DNA from: Candidatus Omnitrophota bacterium
GTDB lineage: Bacteria > Omnitrophota > Gorgyraeia > 1-14-0-20-64-10
Reading direction: 5' to 3'
Assembly (NCBI GenBank): GCA_016177405.1
Contig: JACOVG010000004.1
Location: 18,674 to 82,673 of the forward strand
DNA: 64,000 nt
In this document: in pieces, positions 35,777 to 45,866 of the stretch
Layout of the letters: each line of letters begins with the position of its first letter
Numbering within the stretch: the first letter of the stretch is position 1
Translations under genes and position numbers: made by a program
The notes under the pieces: model-generated
The model's database searches: none
What the model saw: only the letters and a program-made list of their open reading frames with translations
Told to the model about the DNA's origin: nothing

Positions 35777-36364
35777 TTATGAGTCCGCGATCACCTTGGA
35801 AACCGGCTGATCGTGCGGCTCCCATGGAAGCTCCTTGAGAAGCTGGAACCGGAAGGCCAGCCCCACCCGCGGCACCCGGCGCGGCACCTTCGCCAAGAAG
35901 CGGTCAAAATAACCTCCGCCCCGGCCCAGGCGCCGGAGCTCCCGGTCAAAGGCCAGCCCCGGAACAACGACAAGATCTATCGCCGCCATTGGAACCCGCC
36001 GGCCAACCGCCGGCTCCGGGATTCCAAATGCCCCGCGGTGGTTAAGCTCCTCAAGGCCGCGGATCTCCACGGGGATAATCCCCTTGCGGGAGCTTCGCGT
36101 CACCGGCACCGCCACCCTTTTCCCGTCGGCCAGGGCCTGGGCCAGAACCGGCCGGGTCTCCACTTCTCCGTCGAAGGCGGCGTAGCACAGCAGGAAACGG
36201 GCCTTTCGGTAGAGGGCAAGGCGCCGCAGTTTACCGGCAATCTTCCTGCTTTTGGCAAGGCGCGCGCTTTCCGGCTGTTGACGAAGTTTCTGAAGAAGGC
36301 GTTCCCGAAGGATTTTCTTGGCCACGACGGGCCCAGGATAGCACAGCCCGACGGAAAAATCCAC
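35777..36364 (-). CDS. 5-formyltetrahydrofolate cyclo-ligase
   Basis: MTHFS motifs (GRGGGYFDRFL) and about 195 aa. Confidence 0.82.
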   Translation of the reverse strand: MDFSVGLCYPGPVVAKKILRERLLQKLRQQPESARLAKSRKIAGKLRRLALYRKARFLLCYAAFDGEVETRPVLAQALADGKRVAVPVTRSSRKGIIPVEIRGLEELNHRGAFGIPEPAVGRRVPMAAIDLVVVPGLAFDRELRRLGRGGGYFDRFLAKVPRRVPRVGLAFRFQLLKELPWEPHDQPVSKVIADS

Positions 36365-36385
36365 GCGGGGAACGGGCGCGGTTCC

Positions 36386-36414
36386 TTGACAAAGGCCGCG
36401 CCTTTCGATAAACT
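36386..36414 (+). promoter_or_regulatory. candidate sigma70 promoter (TTGACA-17-TAAACT)
   Basis: -35 TTGACA (36386-36391), 17-bp spacer, -10 TAAACT (36409-36414), then AAAAAGGAGGG and a GTG start at 36448. Confidence 0.35.
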
Positions 36415-36447
36415 CCCCTCATCCCCATCACAAAAAGGAGGGTGGCT

Positions 36448-36891
36448 GTGAAAAAAAGCCTTTTAAGACTCGAGGCCGCGTTGTTGCTTTCGAGTCTTTT
36501 TTTCTGTCCGCTGGGGGGCCTACCCGCTCACGCCGAGGAAGAGGAGCTCCCGCCTCAGGAACCGGTTGTTGCCACCGAGGATGAGGTCTTAAAGGAGCAA
36601 ATCGCCCAGGTCCACCAGGGCCTTTTGGAAATCCACCAGGCGATGGCGAAGCGCCGAAGAACCCTCATGGCCGAAACCAACGAAGTCAGAAAGGCCAACC
36701 TCTACGCCGAGATCGACGGCCTTCGGAAAGAGTACAACCTGCTTCAAGACCTCCTTTTTGAGCTGGTGGATGAGGCCACCGCCACCGAATGGACCAAGAT
36801 TGACGAAGCGCTCAAAAGGGTCCGGCGCTTCGAACGCTACCAGGAGCGAGCCTATCAAAAAGAGGAGAATCTCCGTGAACGCCAGCAGTAG
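36448..36891 (+). CDS. secreted coiled-coil protein, unknown function
   Basis: Signal peptide followed by a heptad-rich charged region. GTG at 36448 is 7 nt after AAGGAGG; the track start at 36442 is too close to the RBS. Confidence 0.5.
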   Translation: MKKSLLRLEAALLLSSLFFCPLGGLPAHAEEEELPPQEPVVATEDEVLKEQIAQVHQGLLEIHQAMAKRRRTLMAETNEVRKANLYAEIDGLRKEYNLLQDLLFELVDEATATEWTKIDEALKRVRRFERYQERAYQKEENLRERQQ

Positions 36892-37915
36892 AGGCAGGGG
36901 ATGGCTTGCCGCCTGGCTGGCGGCCGGCCTGCTGGGCTCCCAGGTTCCGGCCTTCGCCCAGGAGACGGCCCCCTCCACCGCGGAGGTGGTTGTCGCCATC
37001 AAGCGGAGGGCCCAGCAGATCCTGGAGGAGCGCCGGCGGGCCAAGCGCCTGCGCGTCTCGTGGGACATCTCCCAGCTTGTGGGCTACGAGTCCAACCCGG
37101 CCAACGGCCCGGACCACATCGGAGATACCTACTTTGAGCAGAGCGTTTACGGGACCTTTTCCAAGAAGCTCGCCCCCACCATCACCTGGCAGGGGATTTA
37201 CTCCGGTTCCTACGACAACTACGTGGAATACGGCGACGGCGACTACATGTCGCATACCCTCACCCCCGTCAAGCTCCTCTGGCAGCCGGGCCGGATGTGG
37301 CGGGTAGACACCGGAGCGGATTTCAACATCACCTATTACCCTCGGTCGAAGGGCTCCAACTACCGGGACCTCAAGCCCTTCGTCGGGGTGCGGCAAAATC
37401 TCTGGGGAACATGGTTCCAGACGGCCCGGTACGAGTGGTTCATCCGGGATTACATCTCGAAGCAAGCCCGGGACGGAAACAGCGCCGAGACCCTCTCCAA
37501 CCGGGTGGACACCCGGCACCGCCTCCGGTATGAGCTTGGGACCACCTGGCAGGAGGCCCTCCTGAAGGTCAAGCAGGAGTGGTACTCCCACGACTCCAAC
37601 GACGCCCGCAACGACTTCTACGACGCCCAGGACTACAAGGTGACCGCCTCGGTGAACCGGAACCTCACCGAGAAGTTCTCGGCCAACGCCAGCTATTCCT
37701 TCGAGCGCAAAAACTACGAGCACCGGCCGGTCACCGGGATCACCGCCGAGGCCCGCTACGACGACACCCAGACCTGGACGGTCGCCGGAACTTACGATTT
37801 CAACAACACCTGGAGCTTCGCGCCGAGCTTCAGCTACAAGTTCCTCGATTCCAACGAGCCGACCGGCGAGTACGTGGACACCACGATCACCGGCACGTTG
37901 TCCGCTCGGTTTTAA
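36875..37915 (+). CDS. outer-membrane beta-barrel protein (porin-like)
   Basis: GTG start with AGAGGAG upstream. It has a signal peptide (LAAWLAAGLLGSQVPAFAQE), beta-strand alternation, aromatic-rich girdle residues and a terminal Phe (SARF). Confidence 0.62.
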   Translation: MNASSRGRGWLAAWLAAGLLGSQVPAFAQETAPSTAEVVVAIKRRAQQILEERRRAKRLRVSWDISQLVGYESNPANGPDHIGDTYFEQSVYGTFSKKLAPTITWQGIYSGSYDNYVEYGDGDYMSHTLTPVKLLWQPGRMWRVDTGADFNITYYPRSKGSNYRDLKPFVGVRQNLWGTWFQTARYEWFIRDYISKQARDGNSAETLSNRVDTRHRLRYELGTTWQEALLKVKQEWYSHDSNDARNDFYDAQDYKVTASVNRNLTEKFSANASYSFERKNYEHRPVTGITAEARYDDTQTWTVAGTYDFNNTWSFAPSFSYKFLDSNEPTGEYVDTTITGTLSARF

Positions 37916-37940
37916 AACAGGAAACCCCGCCTCCAACCTA

Positions 37941-37974
37941 AAGGGCGCCAGGTTTAAACCTGGCGCCCTTTTTG
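37941..37974. terminator. bidirectional Rho-independent terminator
   Basis: Perfect 12-bp stem aagggcgccagg/cctggcgccctt with loop tttaaa, flanked by A-run and T-run. It lies between convergent genes ending at 37915 (+) and 37994 (-). Confidence 0.72.
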
Positions 37975-37993
37975 GCTTCTGACTTCTTATCGG

Positions 37994-39112
37994 CTAGTGG
38001 GGTGTCGCGTGGGCGTGATCCGCGATGCCGTCTGCGTTCACATCGTAATGAAACTCGTCCATCAGCCCATCGTTGTTGTGGTCGTGGCTAACGACGAGCA
38101 CCTCGGTCTGATTTTGCTGGTTGACCTGCTGCGTGTTGTCGTAGTTCTGGTTCTCTATGGTGTAAGCCTCTTTGTAGACGGCCTCGGTCGTGGTGCCCGC
38201 TATCTCGCGGTACTGGGTCTCCATCTGGGTACCCATCTCGCGCATCTGGGTTTCCATGGCCGCTCTCTGCTCCGGCGTCATCGCCTCCAGAACCTCCTTG
38301 GGCGGCCCCATCATCTCTCTGGAGCCGGCGCTCATCACCTCCCGCGGATTGATCCCGGCAGCCATCATCTTCTCCATCATCTCCCGGGGCGGTCCGGCAA
38401 ATCCTTCCGTCGCGGTGCGCGCCATCGCCTCTTGGAAGGAGCTCTCAAAATGGGCCGAGATGGCCGCGCGCACGGTGTCCACCTGCTGCGTGGGATCGAT
38501 CACCCTGCCCACAAAGCGGATCTCTGGGTTATCTCCCCCTACCCTCACGTCTGACCCGACCCTTCCGGCAAACACCTCCCGCAGGTTCTTGTCCCCCAGG
38601 TAGCCGCTGGCCTCGGCCATGGCCGCCTTGCAGGTTTCAAAATACTTGGAGACATCCTCCACGGTCCCGCCGGCCTTGAGCGTTTCCTTGGCCTTGGCCA
38701 AGGCATCCCGCATCTGGATCTCCACCCTGCCGGCCACCTCCGCCGGCACGCCGCTCTTGGTCAAGGCCTCGACGGTGCCTCGGGTGACTGCCTCGGGATT
38801 CTCCAGGGCCTTCTTGGTGGTTTCCGTGGTGTCGTGAATCACCGCGGCCGTTTTCTCCACAATCTGGAGCTCGGCCCTTGCCTCCGGAGAAGCGCTTTCT
38901 TGCTCTGTGACCGCCGCTTCAATCTTGGGAACCACCTCATTCAAGGCGATCTCGCGGACTTCCGGCTCAAGGGTAGGATCGTTGGCGATGATCTCTCTGC
39001 AGCTGTGGATCACCTCCACCTCCAACTGCGCCAGGGCGCTGGGCATCCCCGGGCTAAAGAAGGCGAGCCCCAGGATCAGTGCCCAGGCAAAGCCCTTCAT
39101 CATACTCTCCAT
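37994..39112 (-). CDS. secreted protein of unknown function with His-rich C-terminus
   Basis: Signal peptide (MKGFAWALILGLAFFSPGMPSALAQ), a largely alpha-helical acidic body with Met-rich segments (MMEKMMAAG, MMGPPKE), and a C-terminal HDHNNDG..HYDVNADGIADHAHATPH. Confidence 0.55.
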   Translation of the reverse strand: MESMMKGFAWALILGLAFFSPGMPSALAQLEVEVIHSCREIIANDPTLEPEVREIALNEVVPKIEAAVTEQESASPEARAELQIVEKTAAVIHDTTETTKKALENPEAVTRGTVEALTKSGVPAEVAGRVEIQMRDALAKAKETLKAGGTVEDVSKYFETCKAAMAEASGYLGDKNLREVFAGRVGSDVRVGGDNPEIRFVGRVIDPTQQVDTVRAAISAHFESSFQEAMARTATEGFAGPPREMMEKMMAAGINPREVMSAGSREMMGPPKEVLEAMTPEQRAAMETQMREMGTQMETQYREIAGTTTEAVYKEAYTIENQNYDNTQQVNQQNQTEVLVVSHDHNNDGLMDEFHYDVNADGIADHAHATPH

Positions 39113-39153
39113 CTCATTTCCTCCTTGCTTAGCTTATAAAAATTAAACCTTTG

Positions 39154-40125
39154 TTACCGCGACTCGGTGTAAGCGCCTCCTGCTGGCCGCTCATACGACT
39201 CGCGCTCCATTGTAGGACGCTCCATCGTGGGCTGCTCCCGCTCCATCGTGGGGCGCTCAACGGCCTCGCGCTGGGGCGCTTCTCGCTCCATGGTGGGGCG
39301 CTCTACCGCCTCGCGCTGGGGCGCTTCTCGCTCCATGGTGGGGCGCTCTACCTCGCGGGTTGGAGTTTCCCTAGACTGGGTTTCCCGCTCCATGGCAGGG
39401 CGTTCGGCTTGCTCACGGCCACCGCGCTCGGCTTGCTCACGGCCACCGCGCTCGGCTTGCTCACGGCCACCGCGCTCGGCTTGCTCACGGCCGGCTCTTT
39501 CGGCCGTCTCGCGGCCACCGCGCTCAGCTTGCTCACGGCCAGCTCTTTCGGCCGTCTCACGGCCGGCTTGCTCGCGGCCACTGCGTTCGGCATGCTCACG
39601 GCCGGCTTGCTCGCGGCTGGTCCTTTCGGCCGTCTCGCGACCTGCTTGATCAGAAGCACCGCCTCGGGTCTCTAAACCTTGGGCCCGCTCCATTCCTGGA
39701 ACACCCCGCTCGGAGAGTTCCTTGAGGCGAGCGTCGTCCCGTCCCCCGGCAGGAAGATCCTTTGGATTAAAGCCCTGTCCTCTTTCCGTTGAGCCGGTGC
39801 CCAGGGGACCTTCCGTACCTGCTGTCCGGCCACCAAGATCTGGAGCCCCGAGGCTCTCCGACCCTTGGACAACGGGTCCGGGAAGAGTGCCTCCAGCCCG
39901 TTCGGGCCCCTCGAAACCCCCGGTCGGCGTCGGCCGCTCGACCCCCGTGGCCGCCAGACCGGCAACCTCCCTGGCCTCCGCTTCGGTGAGGCCCTCTTCC
40001 GCCTGAAGCTCCTGAATCACCTTCTCGTAATCGGTATCTGCCTCCGCGGCCAGAGCCTGGCCGGTTACAAGAAAGGTTAGGCCCAAAAGGAAAATTCCTG
40101 TCGCTGTCATGGAATGAGCACGCAT
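39154..40125 (-). CDS. secreted low-complexity tandem-repeat protein
   Basis: Signal peptide, then Gly/Pro/Thr-rich region, then about 11 copies of an 8-aa unit (REQAERGG/RETAERAG) and 3 copies of a 14-aa unit (ERPTMEREAPQREAV). RBS AAGGAGGG upstream. Confidence 0.6.
   Translation of the reverse strand: MRAHSMTATGIFLLGLTFLVTGQALAAEADTDYEKVIQELQAEEGLTEAEAREVAGLAATGVERPTPTGGFEGPERAGGTLPGPVVQGSESLGAPDLGGRTAGTEGPLGTGSTERGQGFNPKDLPAGGRDDARLKELSERGVPGMERAQGLETRGGASDQAGRETAERTSREQAGREHAERSGREQAGRETAERAGREQAERGGRETAERAGREQAERGGREQAERGGREQAERGGREQAERPAMERETQSRETPTREVERPTMEREAPQREAVERPTMEREAPQREAVERPTMEREQPTMERPTMERESYERPAGGAYTESR
39230..39660. repeat. intragenic tandem DNA repeats (42-bp x3 then 24-bp x about 11)
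   Basis: The 24-bp unit gcttgctcacggccaccgcgctcg and its variants are repeated head to tail. The 42-bp unit repeats at 39245-39370. Both are coding, within the gene at 39154-40125. Confidence 0.7.
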
Positions 40126-40441
40126 TTCCGTTCCCTCCTTAGGTAGTTTTATAATGCAAACGACCTTGCCCCCTTAAAAAGGGAGCAAGGTCGCCTCTAG
40201 CTCGTAACCTTCCAACCCTGGCAACTGGCTGCCCTCTTCTATGGGGCCCTGTAGCTTTGCCCCCCAAGATTTGCTTCGCAAATCTATCTCGGGGGGTCCA
40301 CCACCTTGGGGCGGCGGACGTCCCTACCTTTCGGTAGGTTTGCCTTTAAACAGGGAAACGTGACCTATTTAGTTTTTCTAATGCAAGCTTACCTGATCTT
40401 TTGGCAAAAAGGCAAGGGTTGGAAGGAGAAAATTTTCAGCT
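40126..40441 (-). other. 315-nt structured intergenic region (possible terminator/leader or small RNA)
   Basis: On the minus strand it contains a GNRA-capped hairpin CCUACC-GAAA-GGUAGG and a long hairpin CCCCCC..AGAUUUGC-GAA-GCAAAUCU..GGGGGG. A 12-bp hairpin GACCUUGCUCCC-UUUUUAA-GGGGGCAAGGUC lies about 50 nt upstream of the 40125 start codon. Confidence 0.3.
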
Positions 40442-40873
40442 TTAAATGTGGAAGGTGAAGCGGTGGTTGGGGCTGGCGGCGTTTTCCTTGACCTGGGAGG
40501 CCAGGGCGCCCAGGGTGGTGGCCTTCAGGGTGGAGTCCACCGCCCGCTCCACCTGTTTCCAGACGGACGCGGTGGGATCCTTGGTCGAAACGGCTGAAGC
40601 CGCGTAAGCCAATCCCTTGGGCTCCAAGCACTTAAAGACAGCGCTCACAGAGAGCTGGTCGGCCGGCAGTTTAAGGCGGTAGCCGCCCCGGGGGCCTCGC
40701 TCCGCTTCCACGATACCTTCACGCCGCAGGCGGTTAAAGAGCTGTTCCAGGTAGCGGACCGGCAGGGATTGCCGCTTGGCCACGGCGGACAGCGTCACCG
40801 GACCGGCTCCCTGGTGAAGAGTCAGATCCACCAGCGCGCGCAGGGCGTAAGAGACGCGGGAAGGGGGTTTCAT
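40442..40873 (-). CDS. Rrf2 family transcriptional regulator, CymR-like (no Fe-S Cys triad)
   Basis: Rrf2 wHTH (SRVSYALRALVDLTL...VTLSAVAKRQSLPVRYLEQLFNRLRREGIV) with a single Cys. It is translationally coupled to cysK, as in CymR-CysK systems. Confidence 0.72.
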   Translation of the reverse strand: MKPPSRVSYALRALVDLTLHQGAGPVTLSAVAKRQSLPVRYLEQLFNRLRREGIVEAERGPRGGYRLKLPADQLSVSAVFKCLEPKGLAYAASAVSTKDPTASVWKQVERAVDSTLKATTLGALASQVKENAASPNHRFTFHI

Positions 40874-41808
40874 CAGAACTCCTCGAAATACGGGTCCAGA
40901 CTCAAGTACCGCTCGCCGGTATCCGGCAGGATCACCACCACCGTCTTGCCCGACCCCAGGCGTTTGGCCACCGTGAGGGCCGCCCAGACCGCGGCTCCGG
41001 CCGAGATCCCGGCCAAGATCCCTTCCTCCTTGGCAAGCCGCCTGGCCATGGCGTAAGCGTCGTTGTCGGCCACCGGAATGATCTCATCCAGGAGGGCCCT
41101 GTCCAGGACCTCCGGGATGAAGCCGGCCCCGATCCCCTGGATCTGATGCGGTCCGGCCGGGCGGCCCGAGAGGACCGCCGAGGCGGCCGGCTCCACGGCG
41201 ATCACCTTCATCTGGGGGAATCGCTTCTTCAGGACATCCCCGTTGCCGGTGATGGTGCCGCCGGTGCCTACTCCGGCCACAAAGGCGTCGAGGGTCCCTT
41301 CCACCGCTTTCAGGATCTCCTGCGAGGTTGTCTGGCGATGGATTCTGGGGTTGGCCGGATTGGCAAACTGGTGGGGCATAAAGGCGCCGGGGCTTTTGGC
41401 CGCCAGCTCCTTGGCCTTGTTCACCGCCCCGGCCATCCCTTGATCCACCGGGGTCACCACCACCTCCGCGCCGAATCGCTCCAGAAGGGAGATTCTTTCC
41501 ATGCTCATCCCTTCGGGCAGGGTGAGGATCAGCTTGTAGCCCTTGACCGCGCAGACCATGGCCAGACCAATGCCGGTGTTGCCGCTCGTGGGCTCGATGA
41601 TGGTCCCGCCTGGTTTCAAGAGCCCGCGCACTTCGGCATCCTCCACCATGGACAGGGCGATTCGATCCTTCACAGAGCCGCCCGGGTTAAAGGCCTCGAG
41701 TTTGGCCAGGACCCTGGCCGAGGGGGCGGTGACGATCTTGGTCAGCTCCACCATGGGAGTATCCCCGATCAGCTCCAGGATGGATTGGGCCACACCTCGT
41801 TTCGCCAT
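40873..41808 (-). CDS. cysK: cysteine synthase (O-acetylserine sulfhydrylase)
   Basis: PLP-lysine region and GTGGT loop (VGTGGTITG), plus the TSGNTGI motif. 311 aa. Confidence 0.9.
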   Translation of the reverse strand: MAKRGVAQSILELIGDTPMVELTKIVTAPSARVLAKLEAFNPGGSVKDRIALSMVEDAEVRGLLKPGGTIIEPTSGNTGIGLAMVCAVKGYKLILTLPEGMSMERISLLERFGAEVVVTPVDQGMAGAVNKAKELAAKSPGAFMPHQFANPANPRIHRQTTSQEILKAVEGTLDAFVAGVGTGGTITGNGDVLKKRFPQMKVIAVEPAASAVLSGRPAGPHQIQGIGAGFIPEVLDRALLDEIIPVADNDAYAMARRLAKEEGILAGISAGAAVWAALTVAKRLGSGKTVVVILPDTGERYLSLDPYFEEF

Positions 41809-43089
41809 TTAAAGCTCCGAAATCGTTTCTTGGTGAGCCTTCAAGGTTGTTTCGATCTCCCTCTTGCCGTGCGCCGTCGATAGAAACCACGCCTCAAACG
41901 GGGAGGGAGGCAGATAAACCCCTTGGGAGAGCATCCCTCTGAAGTAGCGGGCGTAGCGCCGGGGATCGGCCCTTCTGGCGTCGGCCGCGGAGCAAACAGA
42001 TCCCGATTTGAAAAAGAGGGTCACCAGCGACCCGGCCTGGTTGACCACGACCGGAACGCCGGCCTGGGAGCTGACGGCCCGAAGCCCCTGGGCGAGCTCG
42101 CGCCCCGCGTCGTTCAACCGCCCATACCTTTTGGGTTGGCGCAGGACGCGCAAGGTCGCCAGCCCCGCCGCCATGGCGATGGGATGCCCGGCCAGCGTCC
42201 CGGCCTGATAGACCTTCCCCCGCGGGGCGACAAGCCTCATCAGCCTGGCGGGCCCCCCATAAGCCCCGATGGCGAAACCGCCGCCGATCACCTTGCCCAG
42301 GGTCGTCAAATCGGGCCGAACCCCAAAGAGACCCTGGGCCCCGGAGTAACCCACCCGGAATCCGGTGATCACCTCATCAAAGATAAGCAGGATCCCGTGC
42401 TTGGCGGTCAGGGCCCTCAAGCCCTTGAGGAATCCGGGCGCCGGAGGAATCACCCCCGCGTTGGCCATCACCGGTTCCACGATCACGCAGGCCAGGGTTT
42501 TTCCATGCCGGCGGATCGTCCGCTCGACCCCCTCAAGGTCATTGAAGGAAGCGGTGAGCGTATCCTCCGTCACCCGCCGCGGAACTCCGGGCGAGGCCGG
42601 AATCCCCAGGGTCGCCATCCCGGAACCGGCCCGGGCAAGCAGGGCATCGGCATGACCGTGGTAGCCGCCGTCGAACTTGAGGATCTTGCTCCGGCCCGTC
42701 GCGGCCCGGGCCAGGCGGATGGCGCTCATCACCGCCTCGGTCCCCGAGGAGACAAACCGGATCTGCTCGATGGCCGGCATCGCCCGGGAAATCTCCCGCG
42801 CCAAGGCCGTCTCTCCGGGGGTTGGCGTCCCGAAGGTGATCCCCCGCTTCAGACCCTTCTGGACCGCCCTTAAAACAGCCGGGTGGCGGTGGCCCAGGAT
42901 GAGGGCGCCCCAGGAGCCGACATAATCCAGGAGCTTGCGCCCCTCCACATCCCAGAGGCAGGGCCCGGCCCCCCGGTCCACAAAGAAAGGCCCCGCGCCG
43001 ACCGACTTAAAGGAACGGACCGGCGAGTTGACCCCGCCGACCAGGTAGCGTTTGGCCTGCCGCCAACAAGAGGCGTTGGTTGATTTCAC
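41809..43089 (-). CDS. hemL: glutamate-1-semialdehyde 2,1-aminomutase
   Basis: Class III aminotransferase and HemL N-terminus (AKRYLVGGVNSPVRSF). GTG at 43089 is 1 nt after the upstream stop, giving 427 aa. The 488-aa track ORF N-terminus is low complexity. Confidence 0.88.
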   Translation of the reverse strand: MKSTNASCWRQAKRYLVGGVNSPVRSFKSVGAGPFFVDRGAGPCLWDVEGRKLLDYVGSWGALILGHRHPAVLRAVQKGLKRGITFGTPTPGETALAREISRAMPAIEQIRFVSSGTEAVMSAIRLARAATGRSKILKFDGGYHGHADALLARAGSGMATLGIPASPGVPRRVTEDTLTASFNDLEGVERTIRRHGKTLACVIVEPVMANAGVIPPAPGFLKGLRALTAKHGILLIFDEVITGFRVGYSGAQGLFGVRPDLTTLGKVIGGGFAIGAYGGPARLMRLVAPRGKVYQAGTLAGHPIAMAAGLATLRVLRQPKRYGRLNDAGRELAQGLRAVSSQAGVPVVVNQAGSLVTLFFKSGSVCSAADARRADPRRYARYFRGMLSQGVYLPPSPFEAWFLSTAHGKREIETTLKAHQETISEL

Positions 43090-43090
43090 G

Positions 43091-44866
<1,776 letters not shown>

Positions 44867-44867
44867 G

Positions 44868-45866
44868 TCAAATCACCCCCTTTTCCTTGATCCACCGGGC
44901 AATTTCCTTGGCGTAGTAGGTAATGATGAGATCGGCTCCCGAGCGCCGGATCGAGGTTAACGACTCCATAACCAGACGTTTCTCCTGAACCCATCCCCTC
45001 TGGGCCGCCGCCTTGATGAGGGCGTACTCGCCGCTCACCTGATAGGCGGCGGTGGGCCAGTGGAATTCCTCTTTCACCTTTTGAATCACATCCAGATAGC
45101 CCATCGCCGGCTTCACCATCACGAGATCGGCCCCTTCCTGAATGTCGAGGGCCACCTCCCGCAGGGCCTCCTTCAGGTTGGGCGGATCCATCTGGTAGCC
45201 GCGCCGGTCGCCGAACCTCGGGGCCGACTCCACCGCTTCCCGAAAAGGGCCGTACAGGGCGGAGGCGTACTTGGCCGAGTAGCTCATGATCGGCACCTGG
45301 GCGAAACCCGCGCCATCCAGCGCCTTTCGGATCGCCGCCACTTGGCCGTCCATCATCGCCGAGGGGGCCACGAGATCCGCCCCGGCCCTGGCCTGCGAGA
45401 GGGCGATCTTGGCCAGGAGGGCAAGGGTCGCGTCGTTGTCCACGCCGGCACCCTTCACCACCCCGCAGTGGCCGTGCGAGGTGTACTCGCAAAGGCACAC
45501 ATCGGTCATCACAACCAGCCCCGGGGCCGCCTTCTTGATCCGGCCGACGGCCCTTTGGACGATCCCATCCCGCGCGAAGGCGCCGCTTCCCTTGGAATCC
45601 TTGGCGGGTGGGATCCCAAAAAGGAGCGCCGCCCCCACCCCCAGCCCGGCAAGCGCCTTGGCCTCGCCGGCTATCTCCTCCAGCGAAAACCGGAAAACCC
45701 CCGGCATCGAGGCAATCGCTGTTTTCCGCCGGATCTTGGCGTCCACAAAAAGGGGCGCCACCAGTTTCCCGGGGTCGAGCCGGGTCTCGGCCACGAGCGC
45801 CCTGAACCTCGGAGAGCCCCTTAGGCGCCTGGGCCGGTATGCCGGAAATTTCGCCGGGGTCCTCAC
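44868..45866 (-). CDS. hemB: porphobilinogen synthase (ALA dehydratase)
   Basis: Active-site lysine regions and a (beta/alpha)8 pattern. 332 aa. Confidence 0.9.
   Translation of the reverse strand: MRTPAKFPAYRPRRLRGSPRFRALVAETRLDPGKLVAPLFVDAKIRRKTAIASMPGVFRFSLEEIAGEAKALAGLGVGAALLFGIPPAKDSKGSGAFARDGIVQRAVGRIKKAAPGLVVMTDVCLCEYTSHGHCGVVKGAGVDNDATLALLAKIALSQARAGADLVAPSAMMDGQVAAIRKALDGAGFAQVPIMSYSAKYASALYGPFREAVESAPRFGDRRGYQMDPPNLKEALREVALDIQEGADLVMVKPAMGYLDVIQKVKEEFHWPTAAYQVSGEYALIKAAAQRGWVQEKRLVMESLTSIRRSGADLIITYYAKEIARWIKEKGVI

Noticed and set aside
39227-39659. Two extra ORFs (140 aa plus, 103 aa minus) within the tandem-repeat DNA
   Set aside because: They are frame-shifted readings of the same 24-bp repeats, giving poly-(SRPPRSAC)-like strings. 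The frame with signal peptide, RBS and continuation beyond the repeats (39154-40125) is preferred.
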